64,000 nt of DNA, from assembly GCA_965231215.1 (NCBI GenBank), contig OZ246423.1:1216001-1280000 (forward strand), given 5' to 3'. The DNA comes from Candidatus Altimarinota bacterium (GTDB lineage: Bacteria; Patescibacteriota; Gracilibacteria; UBA4473). Within the stretch, counting starts at the first letter, position 1; every line of letters starts with the position of its first letter. The notes below the pieces were generated by a model. That model had not been told where the DNA came from and ran no database searches. It was given only the letters and a program-made list of their open reading frames with translations. Shown here piece after piece: positions 9,049 to 20,100 of the stretch. Both the position numbers and the translations under genes were made by a program.

Positions 9049-11682
9049 ATGAAGGGACTCTCCCAATCGGAAGTGGAAATTCGGCTTAGTAAATATGGTA
9101 AAAATATTCTTCAAGCCAAAAAAGCTAACCCCTGGTATAAAATTCTAGCCTCACAGTTTACGGATTTACTCGTGATTATTTTGATCGTGGCAGCTGGAAT
9201 ATCCTTTACTCTTGGGCATGACCCAGCCGATGGAATTGTAATTCTGGGGATTGTGATTTTGAATGCGGCTATTGGATTTTTTCAAGAATTTAGAACAGAA
9301 AAAACGCTTGAAGCCCTTAAAAAAATGGTGCATCCAGAGATTAGAGTAATTAGAGATGGTGAAGAACAATTGATTCAAACCGAAGATATTGTCCCAGGCG
9401 ACATTATTATTTTAGGAGAAGGAGATAAAATTCCGGCGGATGGAAAATTGATTGAAACGCACTCCCTGAAAGTGGAAGAATCAGCGCTGACAGGGGAGAG
9501 TGTCCCGTTAGAAAAAAAAGAAGATCATGAAGTATTTATGGGAACGAGTGTGGCTCGTGGTTCTGGAGTTTTTGAAGTTACCAAGACTGGTATGGATACC
9601 AAGTTTGGTGAAATTGCCAGGCTTACAACCGAAACTGAAAAAACAAAATCACCTCTTCAGATTGAGCTATATCGTATTGGAGTTTTTGTAACCAAAGTAA
9701 CGGGTGTTATGTGTTTTATTCTTTTCCTTATTGGCCTTTGGAGGGAGGCTTCTGTGGTAGAGAGTTTGCTTTTTTCGGTATCGGTAGCTATTGCGGCGGT
9801 GCCAGAAGGATTGCCTACGACTATTACGATTGCTCTAGCTTTGGGGGCTACGGTATTAGCTCGTAAACAAGCCATTATCAAAAAACTCTCTTCGGTAGAA
9901 ACCCTAGGCGCCGTAACTACTATTTGTTCTGATAAAACCGGAACCCTTACCAAAAATGAGATGACGGTTCGAGAAATCTACCTCCCAGATCGTTCTATTT
10001 ATAACGTTTCAGGCGTAGGGTATGACCCACATTCAGGGAAAATTAATTACACGGGAGGACACCAGAATCACAAACCCAACCCAGACCTTTTACAAAAACT
10101 TTTAGATATTTGTTACCATTGTAATGAAGCAAAGCTCGTTCACAAAGACCATCGATTTTCCATTTTAGGAGATCCTACAGAAGGCGCCCTTTTGACGCTT
10201 TATGCTAAGTCCAAACCAGAGTTAGAACTCTTGACGGGGCTTGAAAAAGCCAAGGTAAATGAAATTTTTCCGTTTGATTCAGACCGAAAAATGATGTCGA
10301 TAATTGTAAAAGAAAAAATCATGGTGAAGGGATCACCAGATCAAGTGTTACAAAAATGTACACACTGGCACGATGGGAAAAAGCTACACAAATTGGATCA
10401 GGATAAACGTGCAAAAATTCAAGCGCATTATCAACGTATGGCTGAAAATGCACTGAGAGTTTTAGCTTTTGCTCAGCGGGACATTCATCACAAAGACTAC
10501 CCAGAATCGGCTGAACAAGCCGAACAAAACCTGGTGTTTGTAGGATTGGCTGGAATGATTGATCCGCCACGGGGAACGGTACGCAAAGCCGTTGAAAAAT
10601 GTAGATCTGCCGGAATTCGAGTGATTGTTATTACTGGTGACTATGGGGTTACCGCTGAAGCTATTGCAAGAGAATTAGGGATTGTAAAAGGACATAATAC
10701 GGAAGTGTTTACAGGAGATGAGGTTCGAAAAATCTCAGATGCCGATCTTTCTAAAATGCTTAGAGATAGGAAAAGGTCCCTTATTTTTGCGCGGAGTCTT
10801 CCAGAACAAAAAATGCGAGTTGTCCGACTGCTCCAAGATCAAGGAGAGATTGTGGCCATGACCGGAGACGGAGTGAATGATGCACCAGCGCTTAAAAAAG
10901 CAGACATAGGGGTGGCCATGGGAATCACCGGGACTGAAGTCTCTAAAGAGTCTGCTACGATGATTTTGGTAAATGATTCTTTTGCTTCTATTGTTACGGC
11001 TGTAGAAGAGGGGAGACGTATTTATGAAAATCTAAAGAAATTCATCTGGTTTATTTTTGCCTGTAATATTGCAGAACTTTTTGTGATTTTTGCGGCTATT
11101 CTTTTCAACCTCCCTTTACCATTAACCGCTATATTGATCTTATGTGTAGATTTAGGAACCGATATTCTTCCAGCTATTGCGCTTGGAGTAGACGGAGCTG
11201 AAAAAGGCCTTATGAAAAACAAACCACGAGATACGCGCACTCCAGTTATGAACAAACATTTCGTAATGAATTTCCTAATTACAGGGTTTAGTACCGGAAT
11301 AGTAATGACCTTTGGGTTCTTGTTTACACTTTATAGTTACGGATGGACTTGGGCGGATGGATTAGAAATAGAGGAATCAATTTTGGTTCATGCTCAAACA
11401 GTGGCCTTTACGATGCTTGTAGTTGTACAGCTAATTAATGCCTTCTCGGCTCGATCATTTACACAATCGGTATTTAGAATGAACCCTTTGGCTAATTATT
11501 TCTTGCTGGTTTCAATTCTATTCTCAGTGATTATGGTATTGGCTATGCTCTACATCCCCTTCCTAAATGAAGCGTTGGGAACCTATCCACTTAATAGTTT
11601 TGATTGGGGAATTGTAATGGTGGCCTCAATTATTCCACTCTTTGTGGTAGAGATTCAAAAACTGTTTTTACGAAAGAATTAA
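9049..11682 (+). CDS. Cation-transporting P-type ATPase (type IIA, Ca2+-ATPase-like)
   Basis: LTGES, PEGL, DKTGTLT, KGSP, TGD, MTGDGVNDAPALK. Confidence 0.97.
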   Translation: MKGLSQSEVEIRLSKYGKNILQAKKANPWYKILASQFTDLLVIILIVAAGISFTLGHDPADGIVILGIVILNAAIGFFQEFRTEKTLEALKKMVHPEIRVIRDGEEQLIQTEDIVPGDIIILGEGDKIPADGKLIETHSLKVEESALTGESVPLEKKEDHEVFMGTSVARGSGVFEVTKTGMDTKFGEIARLTTETEKTKSPLQIELYRIGVFVTKVTGVMCFILFLIGLWREASVVESLLFSVSVAIAAVPEGLPTTITIALALGATVLARKQAIIKKLSSVETLGAVTTICSDKTGTLTKNEMTVREIYLPDRSIYNVSGVGYDPHSGKINYTGGHQNHKPNPDLLQKLLDICYHCNEAKLVHKDHRFSILGDPTEGALLTLYAKSKPELELLTGLEKAKVNEIFPFDSDRKMMSIIVKEKIMVKGSPDQVLQKCTHWHDGKKLHKLDQDKRAKIQAHYQRMAENALRVLAFAQRDIHHKDYPESAEQAEQNLVFVGLAGMIDPPRGTVRKAVEKCRSAGIRVIVITGDYGVTAEAIARELGIVKGHNTEVFTGDEVRKISDADLSKMLRDRKRSLIFARSLPEQKMRVVRLLQDQGEIVAMTGDGVNDAPALKKADIGVAMGITGTEVSKESATMILVNDSFASIVTAVEEGRRIYENLKKFIWFIFACNIAELFVIFAAILFNLPLPLTAILILCVDLGTDILPAIALGVDGAEKGLMKNKPRDTRTPVMNKHFVMNFLITGFSTGIVMTFGFLFTLYSYGWTWADGLEIEESILVHAQTVAFTMLVVVQLINAFSARSFTQSVFRMNPLANYFLLVSILFSVIMVLAMLYIPFLNEALGTYPLNSFDWGIVMVASIIPLFVVEIQKLFLRKN

Positions 11683-11933
11683 GGCCCCAAAAGATCTGTT
11701 TCTATTTTGACTTCCCGGCCTGGTGCTGGGGGCTGATCTTTATTTTATTTTTGGTCACTACTACGAAATAATCTTATGGAATTAGATGGTCACGTTTATT
11801 TAAAAATTAAACTTTTGTATTCGCTCTCAATGATATTATTAGATTTAGATAAAAACATTCTTGGCTTTTGGCAACCTGATGCACTTAATAAAAATATATA
11901 AATATGTTATAATGTCTGGATTAATTTCAAATC

Positions 11934-12461
11934 ATGTCCAAAAAAGAATCTAACATCAAACGAATCAGTAGCCAGAATGCTGGCAAAAAACTCCTTTCTT
12001 GGTACGCACCAGATTATCATCCGTATGAAAAGGGGATTGTATGGTACACCATCTTTTTACTTTTCATTTTTGGATGTTCTGTCTTTTTTATCTTCTGGGA
12101 TCCAGAATGGGGATGGGTAAGCGCCTTTACCTTTTGTTTTGTAGCGGCGGTTTATATCATGGCTCACAAAGATGGGCACAAAATGCATCACATTGAAATC
12201 ACAGAAAGGTGTTTACTTTTTGATGATGTAAATTGTTTTCCTTGGAGACAGTTTAAAGGCTATTGGATTATGGATGATCATGGAGCACGAGTGATTCATT
12301 TTGAGATCGAAAATGTTAATTTTGTTAAAAGAATCACGCTGCAATTAGAAGACACTGATGAAAAAAAATTAGAAAAAGCGATGGAAAAAGTAAAAATGAA
12401 ACATCTTGAAGATCAAGAAGAACACTTTTTGGAACTCTGGTCTCGAGTATTTAAACTCTAA
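11934..12461 (+). CDS. Two-TM membrane protein of a CPR-type family (DUF5673-like)
   Basis: LSWYAPDYHPYEKGIVWY, two TM helices, PH-like tail (FPWRQFKGYWI). Confidence 0.65.
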   Translation: MSKKESNIKRISSQNAGKKLLSWYAPDYHPYEKGIVWYTIFLLFIFGCSVFFIFWDPEWGWVSAFTFCFVAAVYIMAHKDGHKMHHIEITERCLLFDDVNCFPWRQFKGYWIMDDHGARVIHFEIENVNFVKRITLQLEDTDEKKLEKAMEKVKMKHLEDQEEHFLELWSRVFKL

Positions 12462-12467
12462 TGAATA

Positions 12468-14879
12468 ATGTCAAAACCTCGACGTGTGCCGAACGGACTT
12501 TCTGATAACCCACCTGATGGGTTTGATTTTGGTGCAGGTAGAGGCGGACAAGCTGATGCCTTTAATGTACCTTTTGATGCAGGAGATCCAAGACGTATAC
12601 TAGATGGAAAGGCTTTGAAAGAGTGGGGTGATCAATTAGAGTTTTTTGATAAAGAGGAAACGACTCCAGGAGAACGAATCCGTTTGGCTCAAAGAGTTGA
12701 AGGTAAAGCTGATCGTGAAAAACTTCAGCAAGAAGTTTTGCGTGATATAGAGCGGTATATAAATAAGGAAGGAAGAAAGACACTTGCCACAGAAACTTAT
12801 TTAGCCGCACTCCAAGATCCAAACTCAGGTATTGGAACTCCAGAAGAAAGAGCTCTTGCCGCTCAACTTGCCAAAGGTACTGGTACGGCTCGACAAAGAG
12901 AAGAACTTGAACGAGTTATTCGTGGAACATTTGGTAACATTGAAAACCTTACAGAAACCAATCAAAAACTAGCTGAATACCTTCAAAAGTTAGAAACATC
13001 AGATCCGGTTAAATACCAGGAACTGATGCAGAAAGTTTCTACCAAAATGGCAGATAACTTAGATAGGTCTGGGATCAAGCCGAAGTCTTTTTATAACGTT
13101 TTAGTAGGAGAATTTGAAGGACTACAAAATCATGTCAGCAATACCATGTCAGAGTTTTCTGGTTTTGGAAAAGAACAGATGATTTCGACCGCTACTATTG
13201 GTGGTGCCACAGGGGCTATAATGTTTTTAACCGGTAGCCCACATGCTGGAAAATGGTTGGCAGCTGGTACAGCCGTTGGACTTATTCTAAATAATACAGC
13301 CGCGACTCAAGCCACTATAGAAATTGGTAATACCGCTGCTAGAGCGGTTCCATCCACACTCGGATTACTTGCGCGAGGAGGATTCCACTTAGCTGATGGG
13401 TTTAACGGACTTATTATCGGAAATCCAGATGCACTTGTAGGAGGGACTAAGGACTTTTTGACCAAAGATCTTTCTCGGTTTGCTCGGGACACATTGCAAC
13501 CACTTAAATTTGGTGGAGAGCTACCTCGGGGATACAGGGAACTCCAAGAAATCCGGACAGATTTCCTGGTTAAAAGTGTAGCTCAAGCTCCAGCACAAAT
13601 TAAACCTGTGCTTGAGTACATTATTAAAGTTCAAAAAAATGAACAAATTACACACGTTCCGACTAAAGCTCAAATAGAAGCTGCGGCTCAATTCCTGGCT
13701 CAAACAGAACACCTTGAAGTTACGGCAAAAGCCAACAAAGCTGAAATAATGACCAAGTTTATGACTGGGACGCCTTTAAGTGATATTGAGAAAAGACAGT
13801 TATTGATTTCTGAATATAATGACTTGATTCGCTCTTCGTTTAATCCAGAAGATAAATATGAACATAAAGACTTTTTAGCTCAAAGTGAAGTTTTTTATAA
13901 GGCTCTAAAAGAAGCTAAATCACAAGTAAGTGCTGGAAGTCTTAGTGCTATAGGTATAAATCAGGCTATTCCGAGTTCTAATTTAAGTAGTATTGATTTC
14001 ACGGTAGATAAAAAGAAAATTGAAGCCGCTTATGCCAGCATTTCAGCTGAGTATAACAAGCTAGGTATTAGTGATAGACCTCTGAACCTTATGGATTTTG
14101 CTGGGACTAAAGGTATTTTTGTGATTTGGTTTATGCTTAATGTTATTTCTACAGCTTGGACTGGGGGAGTTACCGCCTACCAAGCCAATAAAGCTAGAAA
14201 GAAGAAAAAAGCCGAAAGTATTGATACTGAAACACCCCTTAAAAATAAAAAACTCCGTGAAAATATTAGATCGGCCGCTAAAACCAAGAAAGTGGATGAA
14301 ACTTATAAAGCTATGACTAAAGGTAGAGATAAGAATGCTATAATTTCTTACAGCAAACCGGTGGCGGCAGCTTTAGCTGGAAAGACCTTTGCTGAAAGTG
14401 ATGAATCTTATCAAGAATTTGTAAGGTTGCTTAGCCGAGATACAGTGAGTGCAGTTGAATTAAGAAACAAGTTTTTTGAGGCTCTCCGACCTGTTCGAGA
14501 TGCTGCGGAACTCGAAAAAAAAGAGGCTATTGATAAGCTCCAAAACTTTCATGCCATTAGATATAAGCTTGATAAATTTGCAAAACTTCGACAAGCTCAT
14601 GGATCTGGGGCAACGGGAAAAATTAGTATTAATGGAGAATCTTTTAAAGTTAAAAGCAAAAATAACTGGATTTCACGATTTTTTAGTTTTATTACTCTTC
14701 GGTCAAACTTAGATAATGCTTCGGGAGAGTCTCCAAAAATTCCAACAGACGAGGGAAATTTACAATTTAAAGTAGAAGATGGAGTCTTTAAGTATAAAAT
14801 TGGCGAGGATCAAAAGGTTTATATTGAAGTAAAAGCAAATGAGTTTGAGGCTCAGAGCATCGAAAAGATTAAAAAATAG
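12468..14879 (+). CDS. Large hypothetical protein, 803 aa, with Gly/Ala-rich hydrophobic segments
   Basis: Long ORF with host-like codon usage; no recognised domain. Confidence 0.8.
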   Translation: MSKPRRVPNGLSDNPPDGFDFGAGRGGQADAFNVPFDAGDPRRILDGKALKEWGDQLEFFDKEETTPGERIRLAQRVEGKADREKLQQEVLRDIERYINKEGRKTLATETYLAALQDPNSGIGTPEERALAAQLAKGTGTARQREELERVIRGTFGNIENLTETNQKLAEYLQKLETSDPVKYQELMQKVSTKMADNLDRSGIKPKSFYNVLVGEFEGLQNHVSNTMSEFSGFGKEQMISTATIGGATGAIMFLTGSPHAGKWLAAGTAVGLILNNTAATQATIEIGNTAARAVPSTLGLLARGGFHLADGFNGLIIGNPDALVGGTKDFLTKDLSRFARDTLQPLKFGGELPRGYRELQEIRTDFLVKSVAQAPAQIKPVLEYIIKVQKNEQITHVPTKAQIEAAAQFLAQTEHLEVTAKANKAEIMTKFMTGTPLSDIEKRQLLISEYNDLIRSSFNPEDKYEHKDFLAQSEVFYKALKEAKSQVSAGSLSAIGINQAIPSSNLSSIDFTVDKKKIEAAYASISAEYNKLGISDRPLNLMDFAGTKGIFVIWFMLNVISTAWTGGVTAYQANKARKKKKAESIDTETPLKNKKLRENIRSAAKTKKVDETYKAMTKGRDKNAIISYSKPVAAALAGKTFAESDESYQEFVRLLSRDTVSAVELRNKFFEALRPVRDAAELEKKEAIDKLQNFHAIRYKLDKFAKLRQAHGSGATGKISINGESFKVKSKNNWISRFFSFITLRSNLDNASGESPKIPTDEGNLQFKVEDGVFKYKIGEDQKVYIEVKANEFEAQSIEKIKK

Positions 14880-14992
14880 TATATATAAAACATCCTTCAA
14901 AAAAATCAAGTAAATACAGTCCTGCAAAGACTTTCAGGATTGTTTTTTACGTTAATTTCTGGTACAATTAGGGGATTTATTTTCAAATTTTT

Positions 14993-16972
14993 ATGAAAAT
15001 CTTTACCTCTCGATACCTATTATGGTCTTTTGCAGCTATAGTTGTAGCCAGTTTCATGTTTCCTGATGTGGCTTTTGCAACCGAGCAAGGGAAGTCTCCT
15101 ACACTGGAAAACTTTGGTCAGATTGCTTCGCAGTTAGTGCATGTACTTACAGCCGCCGCCCTTTTGATCATTCAGTTTATGCCTCCAGTTTGGGGAACAG
15201 ATCTCATTACAGGAGATCAGATCATTGAGGGGCTACGTCCAATGTGGAAGTTTATTCGTAATGCAATGAACTTAGTTTTTGTAATAGTGCTTATCCTCGT
15301 GGCTTTTGCCAATATGCTAAGCAATGGAGGAAAACAAGGGGGAAGCATCCTTCAAAACTGGTCTATTAAATCAAAACTAGGCCCAATTATTTTGGGACTT
15401 GTGGCCATTAACTTTTCACTCTTGATGGTGAAAGTACTTGCTGATGCCGTGTATGTGGTAACAACCGCTATTTTCAGTGTGGCAGATCAAGCCATTGCGT
15501 CTGAAGGAGTACAAGATGTAAATGCCATGTTTGATATGGAAGTAGACACTACTACCTTTGAACGGTGTAAGAAAAAACATGGTGGTAGTGGGGGAAAATG
15601 TGAAAAAATTCGAAAACTCCTTAACAACACCTATTGTGGGAGTAAAAGTACCGAAAAGTCTCCATGTTTCTTCAAAATTAAAGATAAAATTAATGTAACT
15701 CAGATTGTTGATCCAGAGAAGAAGAATGTAGTTTTAGCTTTTGGGTTTTTCTTTATGCATTTAGAGATGTTACCGATTGTAGCAGCTAAAGCGAAGAATG
15801 TATTTGATGTGTTAGATGATACACTCTTCTCACTCATTATGGCGGTGGCTTACTTACTCGCCATGATTGCGGCTTTTATCGTGATGCTCATACGAGTTCT
15901 TATGATGTGGGTATTTATCCTGCTCTCACCCATATTGGTAACGGCTTGGGTCTTGGGCTGGACTTCCCAGATTGGGAAGCTTAATGAACAGTTTTGGGCT
16001 TATCTAATAGTGCCAGTGAAGATTGCGGCAGCCTTTACCTTTAGTTTTATTCTGATTGCCGTACTTGATGGAATCACCCCATCTCCGGAACATTTTACCG
16101 GCTATGTAGATCCAGGGCCACCTCTTAAAAAGTTCTGGGGAACTAATGAAGGATGGAAGTTTGTGTGGAAAATCTTTACGGTAATGCTGTTCTGGAAAAC
16201 TGTCTTCTGGGCTATGGAAGGGTTAGAAGGGGCTCAAGCTATTACAGATAAAATACAAGGATTTGGAACCCAACTTGGAAAAACTGCTCTAGCCTTTGGA
16301 GCTGATCAAATTCCAATTGGAGGAGGAAAAACTGCAGCTTCACTCTTAAGTTCGACAGGAAACCCAGTAGCACAATTAAGTGCTTTAGAAAGAGCTGCAA
16401 CTGAAACGGATGGAAGTCAGACCCCTGGAGAACTTCTTGAAATTGCTAAATCAAGAACTAAAGGAGCAGAGAAGGCCGATAAAGCACTTTCAGGAGTTAC
16501 AAAGAGTGCTACAGGACTAAAAGATGCCCTTTCTAAACTATCCGAATCGGATTTAAAATCTTACTTGAGTGATAGTGGTAGACTTAAGACATTTAAGAAT
16601 ACTTTTGGAAAGTCAGCTAAAGAAATTTCCAATACAGATATAAGTGGAATGTCAGCAGATGAAATAGTTAGAAAATTAAAACCTTTTATTGGAACGTCGA
16701 CTGACTCAACTTCAACCCCAGCACCTACGACTACAACCACAGAGGCTAAATTTGATGAAGCTAAACTAGCGGAGGCTATGAAAGAGGGTCTCAGTAAAGA
16801 TCGAGTAATGACAGCAGATCAATTAGGATTAAGTGGTGTACAAGGCGCAGATGCGTTAGCCGCTATTCGAGAAAAACTTGAACCTAAACTAAAACCAAAA
16901 AAACTTAGAGTTATTGCAGATCCAGATGGAAAAGGATTTAAAATTGTTGCTGCAAAAACAGATACAGAATAA
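14993..16972 (+). CDS. Polytopic membrane protein, VirB6/TrbL-like
   Basis: Signal peptide, about 8 TM helices, WKFIRNAMNLVF...AINFSL and IRVLMMWVFILLSPI patterns, low-complexity C-terminal tail. Confidence 0.65.
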   Translation: MKIFTSRYLLWSFAAIVVASFMFPDVAFATEQGKSPTLENFGQIASQLVHVLTAAALLIIQFMPPVWGTDLITGDQIIEGLRPMWKFIRNAMNLVFVIVLILVAFANMLSNGGKQGGSILQNWSIKSKLGPIILGLVAINFSLLMVKVLADAVYVVTTAIFSVADQAIASEGVQDVNAMFDMEVDTTTFERCKKKHGGSGGKCEKIRKLLNNTYCGSKSTEKSPCFFKIKDKINVTQIVDPEKKNVVLAFGFFFMHLEMLPIVAAKAKNVFDVLDDTLFSLIMAVAYLLAMIAAFIVMLIRVLMMWVFILLSPILVTAWVLGWTSQIGKLNEQFWAYLIVPVKIAAAFTFSFILIAVLDGITPSPEHFTGYVDPGPPLKKFWGTNEGWKFVWKIFTVMLFWKTVFWAMEGLEGAQAITDKIQGFGTQLGKTALAFGADQIPIGGGKTAASLLSSTGNPVAQLSALERAATETDGSQTPGELLEIAKSRTKGAEKADKALSGVTKSATGLKDALSKLSESDLKSYLSDSGRLKTFKNTFGKSAKEISNTDISGMSADEIVRKLKPFIGTSTDSTSTPAPTTTTTEAKFDEAKLAEAMKEGLSKDRVMTADQLGLSGVQGADALAAIREKLEPKLKPKKLRVIADPDGKGFKIVAAKTDTE

Positions 16973-16988
16973 TCAAAAATAACTCTAT

Positions 16989-17023
16989 AAAATACCAACT
17001 CAAAGAAAGAGTTGGTATTTTTT
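16989..17023 (+). terminator. Intrinsic terminator
   Basis: aaaataccaactc-loop-gagttggtatttt followed by a T-run. Confidence 0.8.
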
Positions 17024-17131
17024 TATGCATTCATTTTACAATAAAATAAAACATGTTTTTGTAAATACTCTTTAGTGGTGTTTTTTGTGTGAAATTGGTA
17101 TAATACTCAGACTCTTTTTTAGTCAATCTAG

Positions 17132-20100
17132 ATGAAGTTTTTACCCCTATTTACACACTCAAAAAGAACTGATGATTCAGCTCGTTTTTTGGCGTTTGCT
17201 GGGTCTGGAGTAGAGACTGAAGGGGCTGGAGAAGAAAGGGCCTTTTTGCGAGCTCAAGAAAATTTAAAAAACCCATACAAGCTCAGTCAAAAAGACTTAA
17301 AGGTTTTAGAGAAAAATTCTGATTTACTTAATGCGGAAGACAAAAAGCTACTCAATGGCGCTTTAGAGTTTCATCTCAGTATGCTCCAAAAGAACGGAAC
17401 AGAAACTGTTGCCAATAGTTTTGTAACAGGGGTTAAGTTTTCAAAATTATGGAATTTGGTGAGCCCGGCTCTGAGAGTTCAAGTAGAAGGCGTTATGTCG
17501 AGAGACCATGAGCAAGTAAAAGCTATTATGGCTAAACGAAAAGAAAGCCTTTCAACCAATGATCGTATGCATTTATTGAGAATATATAGGCATATGCGAA
17601 CCCAAAAGAATGTAGACAAAAAGCTTTTTGATCAAGTATCTGAAACTATTTTAAAAACGACACAATCTTTGATTGCTGAATATGAAGTTACCTCCACAGA
17701 GCGAGGAATAGAAGCTCTTAATAGAAGCAAAAAATTTCAACTTCAAGATAAAATATTTTTGCTTGAAGCTTCTCAAGTTTTTCCAGAAGTTGAACAGGCG
17801 CAGAGTTTAATCACTGCTGAGCAGAATGCCAAATTGGCTATGCTGTCGGATTCAATCCTTAAGGAAATTATAAAAGACCTAGGAGACGGTCCAGATGGGA
17901 ATAAAAAGTTTAAGCGAGTAGAATACCTAGGTTCTTGGGAAGCGGTAGAGGCTTTAGCTAATGGACAAACTTTAAGTACCGCCCCTGAAAATGTTCGGCA
18001 AACACTCAATAGGTTGGTTCAGGCGAGCCAAACGGCTCAATTTTTACACTGGGCCAAAAACTGGAAAACTTTTAATGGAGGGCTATTCCTACCAGAACAT
18101 GTGAAAGCTTTGCGCTCTATAAAAAAGGATAAAGAAGCTGAGGTTAATGCGGTGCATACGATTTTTGGAGCCGAAAAAGAGATGACCGATAGTGAGTTTC
18201 AAATATTTCTTCAGGAATGGACAGAAGAAAAAGGCGATATCAAGCTTCAAACCAAAGAAAAAGGCGAAGATGACAAAGAAAGCTTTGAAGAAGCTTCTGC
18301 TTTAGATCGAGTAACAGAAGAACAAAAAAAATTAAACGATCCAAGAACTCAATTTGCCGCTTTTAAAACTAAATACGAAGCTATTGAGGCCGAATTAAGG
18401 CCGCTCTTGAGTGAAGATGAAAGCTTTAGAAATGCCTGGGGGGAAGTGCCTCATGAGGCGGTAACCCTTGGAGTAGCTTTAACTAATCCAGACTGGGAAA
18501 CGAGTGCAGAACCATTTGATGACAATATTCTTTCTCAAAAACTTCAAGAAGTACACGAATACGCAAGAAATAAAAGAGGGACACTAGCCGCCTCTAATGA
18601 GGAGGAGGAAAAAGCTAAAGCCAATGACTATCAAAAAGCCTCTGAAATACTTGACAAATTTTCAAGTGATCTCTATGAAGAATCTTATTCTAAAAAGAAA
18701 AAAGAAATAGATGAACAGGCTTCAAAGGTGCGTTCTCAGGCTATGTCTCAAGAAGCTCAACTCAAGGAATATGTGGATCTTATGCAGACAATCCATGGAG
18801 CTCCAGATGAAGCTGGAACACTTTTAGGTCAATACAGTGAAGGACTTAAAACGAGAATAGGCGAAAGACGACTGACTGGTGCTGACATGTCGGTGATTCT
18901 TCAGGATGAAGACGCTTATGAACTTCTAGGTAAAGAATTTTATAGCCATGATTTAATAAATATTATTAGAAATTTTAGAGACCAATTCAAGACCGCTTTG
19001 GTGGATCCAATTATTAATCAGCTAAAGGCAAATCAACCTCTAAATGAAACAGATTTTTTAATTGAACTGGGGCAAAAACTTGAACTTGGATCAATTCTGA
19101 AAAATCCAGACCTTAAACCGGTTATTACAGAGCTCAAATATCAACTCGATGGAACAGAAATCCCTATTAAATCGGTAATAGATGGAATTATGGCGTCCTT
19201 CCGTACTGATATTTGGGAGCAAGTAAGACTCAGCTATCCGGATCTAGTAGGAAGAATCAGTCATAATATTTCAGGGAGAGCCAAAACCATTTTAGATATA
19301 GAAAAAGCTACAGCTGGAGAGCGACATCTTCATGAAGTAATGTCTCGATATGAAAGAGCGCATCAAGGACTTTATGATCACGAAGCAATTCAAAAAGGAA
19401 TGGATGCGGTAGGGGATTATCGGAGGAAACTTTCGAGTGATCAAAGCGAACTAAATCGAATAAAACAAGCTACAAACAAGGCTCTTGGAGGGGCTTCAAA
19501 ACAAAAAATTGCCTCTTATTTAAATGCTTATATTCCAGCAGTGCCTGTAGAAAAAATACATCAAGCCTTAGATTCCGTTACACATACAGACATTATTGCT
19601 GGAAACAATGAAACCCTTTTGAGTCAGCTACAGGCTCAACTGCCAGAGTTGGGGCCATTACTTCAATACAGGCCAGATAAAAAAGATGAAATCCTTACTG
19701 AACTTGGGAAATTAGTAGTTCGTGAAGGCGCTGCACAGGCTTTTGATAAAGCCATTGAATCCAGTAGTTACAACCTCAATGAAGGGAATGATAAATTTCT
19801 TGGAACCAAAGTTCTGTCTGAAATGGCTTTACAATTAAGTCCCTTTATACAAGAGGCTAATATTCTACAAAAAAGGCTAGATTATCACCTCTTGACGATG
19901 CAAGATCGTCTCAAAAGAGGGGAGCACTTCACGGGAGCGCAGCTTCAAGCTGAGTTCGTTAAACCGGTTGAAGATCAAGTAGTAAATAGACTTGATCTTA
20001 TAGGAAGAGAAGCCGCCCAAATTCTAAATGATCTTTTTCCAGAGTATAAAGAGCGTTTTAACGACAGGTATCTCAAAACCTTTAATGAAAAATTAGATCT

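Noticed and set aside
6119-16972. Conjugative ICE around the VirB4-like gene
   Set aside because: No relaxase, integrase or att pair; composition matches the host and a housekeeping P-type ATPase is interleaved
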